Shown: positions 17,445 to 27,533 of the stretch, piece by piece | Layout of the letters: each line of letters begins with the position of its first letter | Position numbering within the stretch: position 1 is the stretch's first letter | From: Candidatus Xenobia bacterium | GTDB lineage: Bacteria; Vulcanimicrobiota; Xenobia; Xenobiales; QWHO01 | Length of the DNA stretch: 64,000 bases | Direction: 5' to 3' | Assembly: GCA_045863235.1 (NCBI GenBank) | Contig: BTUM01000006.1 | Span: 104,002 to 168,001, forward strand | Notes under the pieces: generated by a model | Seen by the model: only the letters and a program-made list of their open reading frames with translations | What the model was told of the DNA's origin: nothing | Database searches by the model: none | Program-made: the position numbers and the translations under genes

Positions 17445-18748
17445 CCTTCGAGCAACTTTCGGTAGGTTGCCCTCTCGTGCTCGCTCAGCCTCTCTGGCTC
17501 CATCATGCTCAGGGCAAGCTCGCGCAAGCGTTGGCCGCAGGCGCGAGCGCGCTCCGGGTCCTGGAGGAAGCCGGCCACCGCTGCCGCCATGGCCTCCACA
17601 TCTCCCGCCGGGACCAGCTCGCCAGTACGACCGCTCACGATCAGCTCGCGTTGCCAGTCCAGGTCGTAGCTGACGACAGCGGCCCCGGCCAGGGCTGCTT
17701 CAGTGAGCGCCCGGCCGGTCACGAACGAGACCACCACCTCACATTCGGGCAGGGCCCGGGCCAGCCACTCCTGGTCGCGGTTGCCAACCATGATCAGTTG
17801 GGATTCGACTTGCAGGCGCCGCGCCAGCTCCTGTATCTCGCCGCGCATGGTCCCATCACCCACGACGAGGCCGCGAGCCCTTATCCCGCGTTCCCGCAGC
17901 GCCCCCAACAGGAGCACAATGTGCTCTGGCATCTTCACCGGCTCGAGCCGAGCCACGGACGCCAGGATGGGGCCTTCGCCCGGCAGATCGGCGAGGACCC
18001 CCTTCGGGCGCTGTTTCGGAGGTAAAAAGTGGTCAGGGTGGATCAGATTGCCAAGTCGGAAGATCGTCGCGCGCTCCCGGCGCGCACCGCTCCAGAGAGC
18101 GTAGTCCAGGTTCTCCTGGTTGAGCGCAGCCACGAGGTCGGTCCGTGGGAAGACGATCCACTCAACCAGTTTCTCGACCCATCGCCATTTGAAGAGGCGG
18201 GGCATCACAGGTCGCCCCGTGTCGCGGTAGAGCCGGTCGTGGTTGGCCGCGAGTCGCATGGCGAGCGGGACCCCTGTCAGGCGGCTCAGGCTCAATCCGA
18301 GCAGGCCTAGATAGTAAGGATCTCCTACCCGGATCAAAGAGATGCGTTCGTCTCGGATCAGGCGCTCGAGCTTGTGAAACAACCGGACCTGCTCGAGCGC
18401 GAATCGGGTCCAGGGGAGAGCCCCCCCACCCACAGTGCCCTGGATGAAAACGTGCCTCTCGCTCAGGACGGACTCCTCGATCACGGACGCTTCTTCAGCC
18501 GGGCCGAGTGGATGCACGGACCAGACCTTTTCGAAAAATCCATCCAGGTCCCGGGCCAGCACGGGCGTCAGGAGTTTTCGCTCTCGAATGGCCTTGAGGG
18601 TGTAGGACATGTCCAGTACGAGAAGCCGTCGGCCCCGCCCCCGGGGAGCGGTTTTCCGCACCTGACAGCGCAAGGCCCCCAGAACCAGAGCCGGGCCGAG
18701 CACCGTCGCGGCGAGTCCGGCGTCTAGAAGACTCTTCAATTTGCGCAT
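17402..18748 (-). CDS. GT4 glycosyltransferase
   Basis: VARLEPVK, VGDG, GRALTEAALAG, TGELVPAGD. Confidence 0.85.
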   Translation of the reverse strand: MRKLKSLLDAGLAATVLGPALVLGALRCQVRKTAPRGRGRRLLVLDMSYTLKAIRERKLLTPVLARDLDGFFEKVWSVHPLGPAEEASVIEESVLSERHVFIQGTVGGGALPWTRFALEQVRLFHKLERLIRDERISLIRVGDPYYLGLLGLSLSRLTGVPLAMRLAANHDRLYRDTGRPVMPRLFKWRWVEKLVEWIVFPRTDLVAALNQENLDYALWSGARRERATIFRLGNLIHPDHFLPPKQRPKGVLADLPGEGPILASVARLEPVKMPEHIVLLLGALRERGIRARGLVVGDGTMRGEIQELARRLQVESQLIMVGNRDQEWLARALPECEVVVSFVTGRALTEAALAGAAVVSYDLDWQRELIVSGRTGELVPAGDVEAMAAAVAGFLQDPERARACGQRLRELALSMMEPERLSEHERATYRKLLEGQDASAGSGEGGEG

Positions 18749-18871
18749 CGGGGAGCCCTCCCGGGTCGGTTGGCAGGAACGTGCGTGGTGGTGTCAAACA
18801 TCCGTGCCATGTTTTTGAGTGCTCAGGCAATAGAGGTCAATCGGATTTCAATAGACTCCCAAGAGGTTTGT

Positions 18872-19492
18872 ATGCCTGAGTCTTTCCAACTGAAGCCTGC
18901 GCAGCTCCATTATGTTCGAATCAAGGCAATTCTAGAGCCGCTCTTCGTTTTGCTGATCGCACCTGTTCTCCTTCCTGTGCTCCTCTTGATCGCGCTGGTG
19001 ATCCGGTTGAGCTCACCCGGCCCGCTCTTGTTCGCCCAGACCCGTATCGGTCACCGAGGCAGGCCTTTTGTGATGCATAAATTTCGAACGATGAGCGTCA
19101 ACTCGGAGAAGAACGGCGCCCGAATGACCGCTGTCAAGGACGAGCGCATCATCCCCTTTGGGAACTGGTTGCGGGCCCACCGCCTGGACGAGCTTCCTCA
19201 GCTCTGGAACGTCCTGGCGGGGGATATGAGTCTGATCGGCCCTCGACCCGAGCAGCCCGTGTTTGTCGAGGAGTTCTCCCGCGCGATTCCTGGTTACAAG
19301 AGTCGCCTTGCAGTTCGGCCCGGCATCACGGGTCTGGCCCAAGTGCTGCAGGGCTATGCTGCCAACATCCCTGAGACTCGCCGTAAGCTCCAACTCGACC
19401 TGACGTACATCCGGCGTCTTTCGCCCGCGATGGATGGCTTCGTGTTCTTCTTGACGCTCTGGACAATTCTTTTCGGCTACCGGGCCCGCTGA
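18872..19492 (+). CDS. Initiating polyprenyl-phosphate sugar-1-P transferase (Bac_transf)
   Basis: KFRTM, LDELPQLWNVL.GDMSLIGPRP, PGITGLAQV. Confidence 0.95.
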   Translation: MPESFQLKPAQLHYVRIKAILEPLFVLLIAPVLLPVLLLIALVIRLSSPGPLLFAQTRIGHRGRPFVMHKFRTMSVNSEKNGARMTAVKDERIIPFGNWLRAHRLDELPQLWNVLAGDMSLIGPRPEQPVFVEEFSRAIPGYKSRLAVRPGITGLAQVLQGYAANIPETRRKLQLDLTYIRRLSPAMDGFVFFLTLWTILFGYRAR

Positions 19493-19550
19493 CTGCGTCC
19501 GACAGACGGCAGGACGGCGCTTGCGCCGAGCAGAATTGCCCGAGTCAATC

Positions 19551-21509
19551 GTGTGCGGTATTTGTGGGTATGTTGACGCGTCCGCGCTCCTCGCGCCGGG
19601 GTCCCTTGTGCCCATCCTTGAGAGGATGCTCGCCCGGCTGAAGCATCGCGGTCCGGACGACCGGGGCACCTGGACCGAGCCCCAAAGGGGCGTGGCACTG
19701 GGCCAGACTCGTCTGTCCATCCTGGACCTCTCGCAGAACGGCCATCAACCGATGGAGTCCGCCTGCGGCCGCTACGTCATCACCTATAACGGCGAAATCT
19801 ATAATTTTCCAGCTCTGCGCGCCGAGTTGGAGGCGAAGGGGGCTCGTTTTCGCGGCACGTCCGACACCGAGGTATTGCTGGCTGCAGTCACGACCTGGGG
19901 GCTCACCGAGGCGCTGCGTCGCAGCGTCGGTATGTTTGCTTTCGCGCTCTGGGACCGCCGCGCCGCCAAACTGCACCTCGTGCGCGATCGGGTGGGCAAG
20001 AAGCCCCTTTATTATGGCTGGTGCGGCGATACGTTCTTGTTCGGCTCCGAGCTCAAAGCGTTGCGCGCTCACCCTCATTTCAGGGCCGATCTGAACCGCG
20101 ACGCCATCACCTTGTATCTTCGCCATAGCTGCATTCCCGCCCCCTACTGCATCTATCGGGGGATCAGCAAGCTCACGCCAGCGACGATCCTAACGCTGGA
20201 GGGCAGGAACCTGACTCAGGAGTGTTACTGGAGCGCCCGGAGTGTTGCTCTTGAGGGTTTGCGCCATCCCGTCGCGGCGCGAGACGGGGAGACGCTGGAC
20301 CGTCTGGACACGTTGCTGCGCGAGGCTACACGGCAGCGGATGAACTCGGACGTGCCGTTGGGCGCCTTTCTTTCGGGGGGAGTGGATTCGTCGCTGGTTG
20401 TTGCGCTCATGCAAGCCCAATCGTCGCGGCCCGTGCGAACCTTCAGTATCGGCTATCATGACCCGGCTTATGACGAAGCGGACAGCGCGCGGGCGGTCGC
20501 ACAGAGCTTAGGCTCAGAGCACACCGAGCTGTACATCTCCTGGGAGGAGGCGATGAATGTTGTTCCCTTGCTTCCGACTCTTTATGATGAGCCCTTTTCG
20601 GACTCGTCCCAGATTCCCACCTACCTCGTTTCGCAGCTCGCTCGCACTCAGGTGACCGTCTGCCTGACCGGAGATGGGGGAGATGAAGGCTTTGGGGGGT
20701 ACAATCGCTATGTCTGGGCGACGCGCGTCTGGCGCAGGATGGGGCGTCTTCCGACGGGCCTGCGCAGGATTTTGGCCGGACTTTTGAGTTTGCTCCCCCC
20801 GAATACCTGGAACGACTTGTATCGCCGGCTCGCGTTTCTCTTGCCCGCGCGCTGGAGCCAGAGGCTTCCGGGCGACAAGCTGCAGAAGCTGGCAGCCGTG
20901 CTGTCGGCGAGCGGACCCAAGGAGCTTTATCGTGGCATTGTCTCTCACTGGTCCGAGCCGACTTCGGTCGTGCTCGACGCGGAAGAGCCGGCCTCGGCCC
21001 TGACGGCGGGGAGCAGGCTGGAGGTGGAACTGCCCAACTTTGGTCTCTGGATGATGTACATGGACCTGGTGACCTACCTGCCGGACGACATCTTGACGAA
21101 AGTGGACCGCGCCACTATGGGCGTGAGTTTGGAGGCGCGCAATCCGTTGCTTGACCATCGTGTGCTCGAGTTTGCCTGGCGCCTCCCAATGGACTGGAAG
21201 ATCAGGAACGGAGTGGGGAAATGGGTCCTGCGCCGGCTGCTCCGGCGTTATCTGCCGGCTTCGCTGTTCGAGCGGCCGAAGATGGGTTTCCAGGTTCCGA
21301 TCGACCGCTGGCTGCGAGGGCCTCTCCGCTCCTGGGCCGAGGAGTTGCTCGAGCCAGGTCGTCTCAGGCGTCAGGGCCTGCTGCGTCCCGAGCCGATTCA
21401 GGTGCGCTGGCGGGAGCATCTGTCCGAGCGCCGCAACTGGGCGGAATCTCTGTGGGATGTTCTCATGCTTTGCGCCTGGCTGGAGCAGAGGCGGGAAGTG
21501 GCGTCATGA
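19551..21509 (+). CDS. asnB: Asparagine synthase (glutamine-hydrolysing) family amidotransferase, polysaccharide-associated
   Basis: N-terminal (M)CGI nucleophile, HRGPD, YNGEIYN, LSGGVDSS, TGDGGDE, KVDRATM, KMGF. Confidence 0.92.
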   Translation: MCGICGYVDASALLAPGSLVPILERMLARLKHRGPDDRGTWTEPQRGVALGQTRLSILDLSQNGHQPMESACGRYVITYNGEIYNFPALRAELEAKGARFRGTSDTEVLLAAVTTWGLTEALRRSVGMFAFALWDRRAAKLHLVRDRVGKKPLYYGWCGDTFLFGSELKALRAHPHFRADLNRDAITLYLRHSCIPAPYCIYRGISKLTPATILTLEGRNLTQECYWSARSVALEGLRHPVAARDGETLDRLDTLLREATRQRMNSDVPLGAFLSGGVDSSLVVALMQAQSSRPVRTFSIGYHDPAYDEADSARAVAQSLGSEHTELYISWEEAMNVVPLLPTLYDEPFSDSSQIPTYLVSQLARTQVTVCLTGDGGDEGFGGYNRYVWATRVWRRMGRLPTGLRRILAGLLSLLPPNTWNDLYRRLAFLLPARWSQRLPGDKLQKLAAVLSASGPKELYRGIVSHWSEPTSVVLDAEEPASALTAGSRLEVELPNFGLWMMYMDLVTYLPDDILTKVDRATMGVSLEARNPLLDHRVLEFAWRLPMDWKIRNGVGKWVLRRLLRRYLPASLFERPKMGFQVPIDRWLRGPLRSWAEELLEPGRLRRQGLLRPEPIQVRWREHLSERRNWAESLWDVLMLCAWLEQRREVAS

Positions 21510-23032
21510 CCCTGCCCGAGCTCAGGCGAGCCATTCGTCGCAGGTGGCTGCTCGTGCTTCTCACCATGGTGGCGGTCGAGTACCTCGTGACGATGGTTCG
21601 ACCAGACCTGCTGCCGGGCCGAGCCAAGCTGGTGGTGTCTTCTTACGTGTCCAGCGCGAAACTCTTGCTGCGGCCGACATCGCCCAGGGTGACCGCCTTC
21701 GGTCGGAGCCTGGACGTGAACCCGCACGACTCGGAGACAGGCGAGCTCTGGTTTACCGACTTTCGTGGCGTGCAGGAGATTCTCGAGGATGCGGAGTTCC
21801 TGGCCAAGGTGTCTCAGGGTTGCCCCGGCTACAAGGCCGAGGACATTCGGGTGCGCGTTTTCGCCTACCCGAGCTCGATCGGATTACAGGACCTGAGCTC
21901 GATTCACGAGGAGACGGCACGAGAGGGCGCTGTGCAGGCCCTGGAGGGCTACGAGCAACAGATGGCCGAGCGTCTTGGCAAGAGGAAGCAGCGGCGGCTG
22001 CAATTGATCACTCTTTCCGTGGCTGAGACTTCCCCGGAGAAGGCGGAACGCTTGGCGCGAGTGGCCGTGGACGAGTTCCTGGTCGCGGCCCGAAAGAGGG
22101 CGGCGGGTGAGTATACCCAGCGCCGCGAGCAGCTCGAGGCGATGATGCTCCAAAACCGCCGGCAGACTGAAGCCGAGCTGAAGAAGTTCCGCCAGCTCGG
22201 AGGCGCTGTCGCGGCCGAGAATGCGGCTCTCGACGGCCCGCTGCACAAGCAGCTCATAGCGCTTGGGGCGCGCCGAGCCGCGGTGACCATAGAGCGTGCC
22301 ACGCTGGCAAGCCGATTAGCGGACCTGAAGGCCTCGCAGCAGCCGAACAATACCGGGGTCTTCCCGACCTATTCCTACGTCGTCCAGAAGTCTCAAGACC
22401 ACGAACTGGAATTGCTGGCCCTGGCCAAGATTTACAAGCCAGACGACCCGATACTTGTGGATGCCCAGAACCGCCGGAACGCCTTCCAGGCGCTCATCAC
22501 GCAAGCGAGCGGAGACCTGCTGGCCTCTGAATGGAGCGAGGCAGAGAGCTCCCTACGGGGCCTGGATCGCGAGCTGGCCAGGTTGGAAGAGGAGATTGCG
22601 GCCATTCAGCGCAAGATTCCCAATGATACCCGCGCCAGCGCTCTGCGCCAGAGCGTCCTGCGGCTCAAGCTCTGGGATGCCACCCGCCTCGAGCTGATCG
22701 GCGCCACCTACCGCGCTCGGCTCCAGGAACGCCAGGCTGAAGCTCAGGGGACACTCGTCATGCTGCAGAGACCTCAGCTGGGCTCCCTGGCTGCTGGCCC
22801 CCGCGCTTCCAGCGGAGCAGCTTTGATCGCGATGCTGCCGGTAGGATTCTTCCTCGGAGTCGTGCTGGCGGGAATGGTTGAGAAATATTATCAGGTTAGC
22901 TACGCAGCGGATAAAATCGCCTCGCAGCTTGGAATCGAGCTTCTCGCAGCGGTTCCCGGGCATCCACGCGGGCGCAGCCGCTCCTGGCTTGCGTGGAAGC
23001 GAGGATTGGGAAGGAACAAGCGACCGGGGTAA
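21506..23032 (+). CDS. Polysaccharide co-polymerase (Wzz/Wzc N-terminal) #2
   Basis: ATGA overlap with asnB. RRRWLL + TM, YVSSAKLLL, YKPDDP, C-terminal TM. Paralogous to 12471..13889. Confidence 0.75.
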   Translation: MTLPELRRAIRRRWLLVLLTMVAVEYLVTMVRPDLLPGRAKLVVSSYVSSAKLLLRPTSPRVTAFGRSLDVNPHDSETGELWFTDFRGVQEILEDAEFLAKVSQGCPGYKAEDIRVRVFAYPSSIGLQDLSSIHEETAREGAVQALEGYEQQMAERLGKRKQRRLQLITLSVAETSPEKAERLARVAVDEFLVAARKRAAGEYTQRREQLEAMMLQNRRQTEAELKKFRQLGGAVAAENAALDGPLHKQLIALGARRAAVTIERATLASRLADLKASQQPNNTGVFPTYSYVVQKSQDHELELLALAKIYKPDDPILVDAQNRRNAFQALITQASGDLLASEWSEAESSLRGLDRELARLEEEIAAIQRKIPNDTRASALRQSVLRLKLWDATRLELIGATYRARLQERQAEAQGTLVMLQRPQLGSLAAGPRASSGAALIAMLPVGFFLGVVLAGMVEKYYQVSYAADKIASQLGIELLAAVPGHPRGRSRSWLAWKRGLGRNKRPG

Positions 23033-23784
23033 GGAATCCTCAGTCTCTCATGTCCGACTGGGAAAAGCACCTCATTGTGTTGCGGGAGCCTCATTCTCCT
23101 CCGTCCGAGGCCCTGCGCAGCTTGCGCGCCCGCCTTTCGCGTAACCTGGCCTCGGGCAAACGCCGGTTGGCCATCCTCAGCAGTTGGCCCGGCGAAGGCA
23201 AGTCTCAGGTCAGCATCAATGTTGCCGCGTTGCTGGCCCAGCTCAGTTTGAAGACCGTGCTGGTCGACGGTGACCTGCGTAAACCGACCTTGACCAGTGT
23301 TTTCAGCCTGGAGGATCGCCTGGGCCTCTCAGACGTGCTTGAAGGTCGATGTACACTGGCCCAGGCCACCGTGCCGACTGGCTATGACAATCTGTTCGTC
23401 ATTCCGCGGGGTCAGGCTCGGGGCAACCCCGCCAATATTCTCGGACGCGAGATCATGGGTCCGGTGTTCGACGAACTCAAAGAGTTCGGGTGCGCCCTCG
23501 TCGATACGCCCCCGCTGTCAGCCTGCGGTGACGCCCAGTTGATCGCCACCCATCTCGATGGGGCGGTGATCGTCGTGAATCCGGACAGATGGCAGGGAGA
23601 GGCCGAGAGGCGGTACCTGCGGCAAGTCCGGGAGATAGGGCTCGAGATCCTGGGTGTGGTCATCAATGGGGCCGACAACAAGCACTTTGCCCAAGGTTAC
23701 GGCTACGGTTATGGTTATGGGTATGGTTATGGGTATGGTTATGGCGACAACGGACGGTCTTCGGAAAATGGCAAGAAGGGATAG
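22993..23784 (+). CDS. CpsD/CapB-family bacterial tyrosine (BY) kinase with (GY)8 tail
   Basis: EALRSLR, SSWPGEGKS (Walker A), VDGDLRKP (A'), VDTPP (B), GVVIN, Tyr cluster. Start may be ATG 23050. Confidence 0.92.
   Translation: MEARIGKEQATGVRNPQSLMSDWEKHLIVLREPHSPPSEALRSLRARLSRNLASGKRRLAILSSWPGEGKSQVSINVAALLAQLSLKTVLVDGDLRKPTLTSVFSLEDRLGLSDVLEGRCTLAQATVPTGYDNLFVIPRGQARGNPANILGREIMGPVFDELKEFGCALVDTPPLSACGDAQLIATHLDGAVIVVNPDRWQGEAERRYLRQVREIGLEILGVVINGADNKHFAQGYGYGYGYGYGYGYGYGDNGRSSENGKKG
23695..23745 (+). repeat. Hexanucleotide coding repeat GGNTAY x8 encoding (Gly-Tyr)8-Gly
   Basis: ggttacggctacggttatggttatgggtatggttatgggtatggttatggc. Confidence 0.95.
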
Positions 23785-23788
23785 ACCC

Positions 23789-24592
23789 TCAGAGTCTGGA
23801 GGCGACGATGAGCGCCAAGTTGTCCTGGCCTCCGGGAAAGCCGCGCACTCCTCGGAGGGCGCTTTGGGTCACCTCGCGACAAACCGCCGCCGGGGAGGGC
23901 CCGGACCTCAGGGCGTTGACAAGGTCATCCGCTCCAACGGAGGTCAGGGGCGACTGGTAGTGACACTCGTTCACGCCGTCGGTAAAGGCGAGCAAGAGCT
24001 CATCTGGAGATACCTGGAAACTGAGCGCCTCGCCCCAGGTGGGCTCGCAGGGCGCGTCACCACGAAGAAACTTGTCGTTTCCCCGGGTCAGGAAGCGGGC
24101 CCCGGCAGGCCCGACCAGGCACAGGCTGGAATCACCCCAAGCCAACCCGAAGCCCTCCCCACTGCGGGGGTCAAAAACGGCCAGCAACAGGCTGGTGCCA
24201 GACCGGCCGGGCCACGGCGGCTCCGTCAGCCCGGTGGAGAGAAGCGCCAACTCACCCCTGTTGGCCGGGACCCGGGGCCAGTCTGCTACCCGCGCGAGGA
24301 TCAGGTGGCTGCTTGCCTGGCCTCGGTGGCCGTCGGCGACCGCCAGCAAGATCCTGGACTCTTCCCATCCGACCAGCAGGCCGTCCTCGTTTGGCTGAGC
24401 CCGATCGCCCTTGAAAGCGAGCGAGGGGGCGTCTGGATCGGATCCGACGCTGAGCGCGCAGGCGACCCCTTCCACCGGCTCGACCAGCGAGAATTCTCCA
24501 TAGCGGCTTTCATCCCGGCCCAGCATGACATGGGTCTTCACGCAAAGGACTTGACCACGCTTTTGCCCACCTCCTTCCGAACGGCCGGTCAT
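23789..24592 (-). CDS. PP2C/PPM-family protein phosphatase
   Basis: NED, VADGH.G, GDSS, TDGV, QDN motifs. Start uncertain. Confidence 0.85.
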   Translation of the reverse strand: MTGRSEGGGQKRGQVLCVKTHVMLGRDESRYGEFSLVEPVEGVACALSVGSDPDAPSLAFKGDRAQPNEDGLLVGWEESRILLAVADGHRGQASSHLILARVADWPRVPANRGELALLSTGLTEPPWPGRSGTSLLLAVFDPRSGEGFGLAWGDSSLCLVGPAGARFLTRGNDKFLRGDAPCEPTWGEALSFQVSPDELLLAFTDGVNECHYQSPLTSVGADDLVNALRSGPSPAAVCREVTQSALRGVRGFPGGQDNLALIVASRL

Positions 24593-26837
24593 GGCTGACC
24601 CCAGCTACGATACCCAGCTGACCTGGAGCCTGCGGCTCGCGCTGATCCTGGTGTTGGGTATCTCTGTGGTGGAGACGCCCGGAGTCACAGCGCCCCCGCC
24701 GGCGTTGACGCTCATGGCGGCCGCCTCGCTGACGGTCCTATCTGGCCTGGCGATGATCAGTCTGCGGCTTTGCCGGGTCAGCCTTGCCGGCTTGATTATC
24801 GGGCTCTGCCTGGCGGGATGGTCGGCGCTTGCCTCCCGCGAATCTTACGACCCGTTCCTTTCGCAATTGGGCTTTGCCAGCTGGGTGGCGGGCGCTGGAG
24901 TCCTGTCGACAGTCCTGCTGACAGCCAGCAGCGGTCGGACAGCCTGGCGCGAGACAGCCCACGCCATACTGGCCCTGATCCTGGCCATCTCGTGCTACGG
25001 ACTTCTTCTGTCTCTGCGCGGAGGAGGCTGGGCCCGGGCCACGTTCACCAACTCCGATTGCTTCTCGCTGCTGCCTTTGCTGGGTCTGCTGCTCGTGTTT
25101 GGCCTCCTGCCCCGATCCACAGGTGGCGAGCAGAGCTACCTGCTGGTCGTCAGCGGAGCTCTGGCGATCGCAGTCTTCTTGTCCGGCTCGCGGGCCGGCG
25201 CGCTTGGCCTGATGGCCGGCATCGGCTGCTACGTTCTGCTCTCGCTGGGAAGACAATGGGGAACTCATCGCATCCTGGTGGTCATGCTGATTCCTCTGTT
25301 GATGGGCGGAATGCTGGTCATTCTGATGAAGGGGCCGGCGGCTCTCTCAAAATGGACCAGCCTGGCAAGCGGCAATGACACGCTGGGGGTTACTTCCCGG
25401 CTGAGCATCGTCAAAGTGGGCGTGCCGCTGGGTCTGGAGCACCCAATCTTCGGGACCGGGCCCGGCACCTTCCACCTGGCCTATCAGTCCCGTCGGCCGC
25501 CCACCCGAGGCGAGGACTACATGAACGTCGCTCACAACGACTATGTGCAGATTCTTGTTGAGATGGGCGTTCCGGGTTTGCTCCTGTGGCTCGGGTTGGT
25601 CGGCCTGGCGGCCGGGATTGGAGTTTATGTCACCCGCCACGAGTCGAGCTCCGAGCACGCCGGAGCCACTGCCGGCATCATCGCCATGGGCGTTTACGCG
25701 CTGGGAAATTTTGCGGTGCCGGTACCGGCGGACCTCATGTTCAGCCTGGCAGTCGTAGGGCTGGCACTGACTCACACAGCCCATCCGCCATCGCGCTATC
25801 TCCCTCAGATTGTGGTGGCCGTGGCTCTCGTTTTACTGGGAGCGAGCAGTCTTCGCACTGGCCTCGCCGTCTGGCAGAATAACCGCGCTCTGGCTCGAGC
25901 CCAGATCCTGGAGGGTCGGTTGGACTGGCCGGGCGGAATCGAGGCGCTGAACCAGGCCGGGTCCAGAGATGACATCCGCATTTTGCTCGCCCAGGCCCAC
26001 CTGTGGGAACGTCAGGGCCTTCTCACGGAAGACAGGTCCCGGCTGGATCGAGCTGGGGAGACGCTCCGTCGGGCCCGCGCCCTTAGTCCGCTCAATCTGC
26101 TGGTCATACTCCGTTTGGCTGACGTCGAGGAGGCGCGCGGCCATCTGGCGGAGGCTGCCCTTCTCCTGGAGCAGGCCAATCGCCAGGCTCCCCATACCGA
26201 GTATGTGCGACTGGCCATGATCCGCAATCAGGTCTTGCGTGGCGACCTGGCGGGAGCAGCGGAGGGATTGTCGGGCTTGACCAGTCACCCGAGCCCGGGT
26301 GCTCTGGGTGAGATCCTCGCCCTGCTCGAGCTGAGCGAGTCTGGGCGCGGCCTGGAGCTGCTCAAGAGTCGGCAACCGCTCACGCCCGGGCTGGCTCGGG
26401 CGGCCAGAAGGGCAGGCACTTTCTGCCTGGAACGAAAGGACCTTCAGGCTGCCCGGGCGTTCTTCGAGTTGGCCGCCCCCATCGATCGAGCCAGCCGGTT
26501 GGCTCTTGCCAAGCTGGAAACGGACCCTGCCAGGCGCCTGACGATGCTGGCTGAGCTCCTAAACGGCCCAGACAGCGAAGAGACGCAGGAAGCTCGCCTG
26601 CTTTGGGGGCACGAGGCCCTGACGCGGAAAGAGTTTGATCAGGTCGTTGCCGTGCTCGAGCCGGTGCTCGTGTCGGAGCCCGAGAGTGTGCGCTTACGGT
26701 TGTTGCTGTCCCAGGCCTATGTCGGTCAGAAGCGGATCAGCGAAGCATCCAGGGTTCTCGAGGATGGATTCGACTTTGATCAAGGTTCGCGGCTGCATGA
26801 CGCGCACAAGCGACTGAGCGTCACGGCCTCTCCCTGA
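24591..26837 (+). CDS. O-antigen ligase (Wzy_C) family protein with C-terminal TPR-like region
   Basis: Many TMs, ATFTNS, SGSRAG, GTGPGTF, AHNDYVQ..VEMG, then a helical TPR-like tail. Confidence 0.85.
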   Translation: MADPSYDTQLTWSLRLALILVLGISVVETPGVTAPPPALTLMAAASLTVLSGLAMISLRLCRVSLAGLIIGLCLAGWSALASRESYDPFLSQLGFASWVAGAGVLSTVLLTASSGRTAWRETAHAILALILAISCYGLLLSLRGGGWARATFTNSDCFSLLPLLGLLLVFGLLPRSTGGEQSYLLVVSGALAIAVFLSGSRAGALGLMAGIGCYVLLSLGRQWGTHRILVVMLIPLLMGGMLVILMKGPAALSKWTSLASGNDTLGVTSRLSIVKVGVPLGLEHPIFGTGPGTFHLAYQSRRPPTRGEDYMNVAHNDYVQILVEMGVPGLLLWLGLVGLAAGIGVYVTRHESSSEHAGATAGIIAMGVYALGNFAVPVPADLMFSLAVVGLALTHTAHPPSRYLPQIVVAVALVLLGASSLRTGLAVWQNNRALARAQILEGRLDWPGGIEALNQAGSRDDIRILLAQAHLWERQGLLTEDRSRLDRAGETLRRARALSPLNLLVILRLADVEEARGHLAEAALLLEQANRQAPHTEYVRLAMIRNQVLRGDLAGAAEGLSGLTSHPSPGALGEILALLELSESGRGLELLKSRQPLTPGLARAARRAGTFCLERKDLQAARAFFELAAPIDRASRLALAKLETDPARRLTMLAELLNGPDSEETQEARLLWGHEALTRKEFDQVVAVLEPVLVSEPESVRLRLLLSQAYVGQKRISEASRVLEDGFDFDQGSRLHDAHKRLSVTASP

Positions 26838-26840
26838 GCG

Positions 26841-27494
26841 TCAGGCTTTGAGCCCCAGTCCCGTCAGGATGCGATCCAGAGTCGAGCGGGGAGGAGGCCC
26901 GTTCAGCAGTGCGCTCTCATGGGTCACGATGACGCCCAGAATCTCGGTCCCCTGTAAAAGGAACATCCCGGGTAGATCGTCGATTCCCTTGTCTCGAAAA
27001 GCTCGCTTGGAAACGATCAAGATGACTCCATCGGCCATGGAGGCCAGAGGGAAGGCTGCGCTCGAGGCTGACAGGGCGGGGGTATCGATCAACACGAGGT
27101 CATAGTGCTCCACACAATCCCTGAAAAAAGCTCGGGCTTCCTGGCTCGGTTGCAGATTGAGCGTGTGGTCGGCCCGCTCCAGCCCCAGCAGGTCCAGGTT
27201 CGGTTGGATGGCTTGAAATAGGGGTCTTTTTCGCTGTAGGCAATCGCGAAGGGCGTAACCGCTACACTCGAAGTGGCGGCTCAGCGCCGGGCAGAGGAAA
27301 TCGCCGTCTACGAGCAGTACCTTCTGACCCGCGTTGGCCGCCATGCGGCCAAGATCGATGCAGATACTCGTCTTGCCCTCGTGGGGCCAACTGCTGGCCA
27401 GGAGGAAGGTGGTTTTCCTGTCCCGGCGCCAAGCCGCCAGACGCGGGAGCAGCGAGGCTAACTGCCAGGAAGGTTCATATTCTGTTAAATACAC
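26841..27494 (-). CDS. Second CpsD/CapB-like BY-kinase homolog lacking a Tyr cluster
   Basis: SSWPHEGKT, LLVDGD, LIDTP, ADGVILIV, LGVIV. The C-terminus has no tyrosines. Confidence 0.8.
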   Translation of the reverse strand: MYLTEYEPSWQLASLLPRLAAWRRDRKTTFLLASSWPHEGKTSICIDLGRMAANAGQKVLLVDGDFLCPALSRHFECSGYALRDCLQRKRPLFQAIQPNLDLLGLERADHTLNLQPSQEARAFFRDCVEHYDLVLIDTPALSASSAAFPLASMADGVILIVSKRAFRDKGIDDLPGMFLLQGTEILGVIVTHESALLNGPPPRSTLDRILTGLGLKA

Positions 27495-27533
27495 AGGGAA
27501 GGATTAATTTTGACCCGCTCGAAGTCCTGCCCC

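Noticed and set aside
19551..21509. AsnB homolog as a lasso peptide cyclase for the RRE/kinase module
   Set aside because: It keeps the N-terminal Cys glutaminase domain and EPS-type AsnB motifs. No B2 transglutaminase-like peptidase or lasso precursor was seen.
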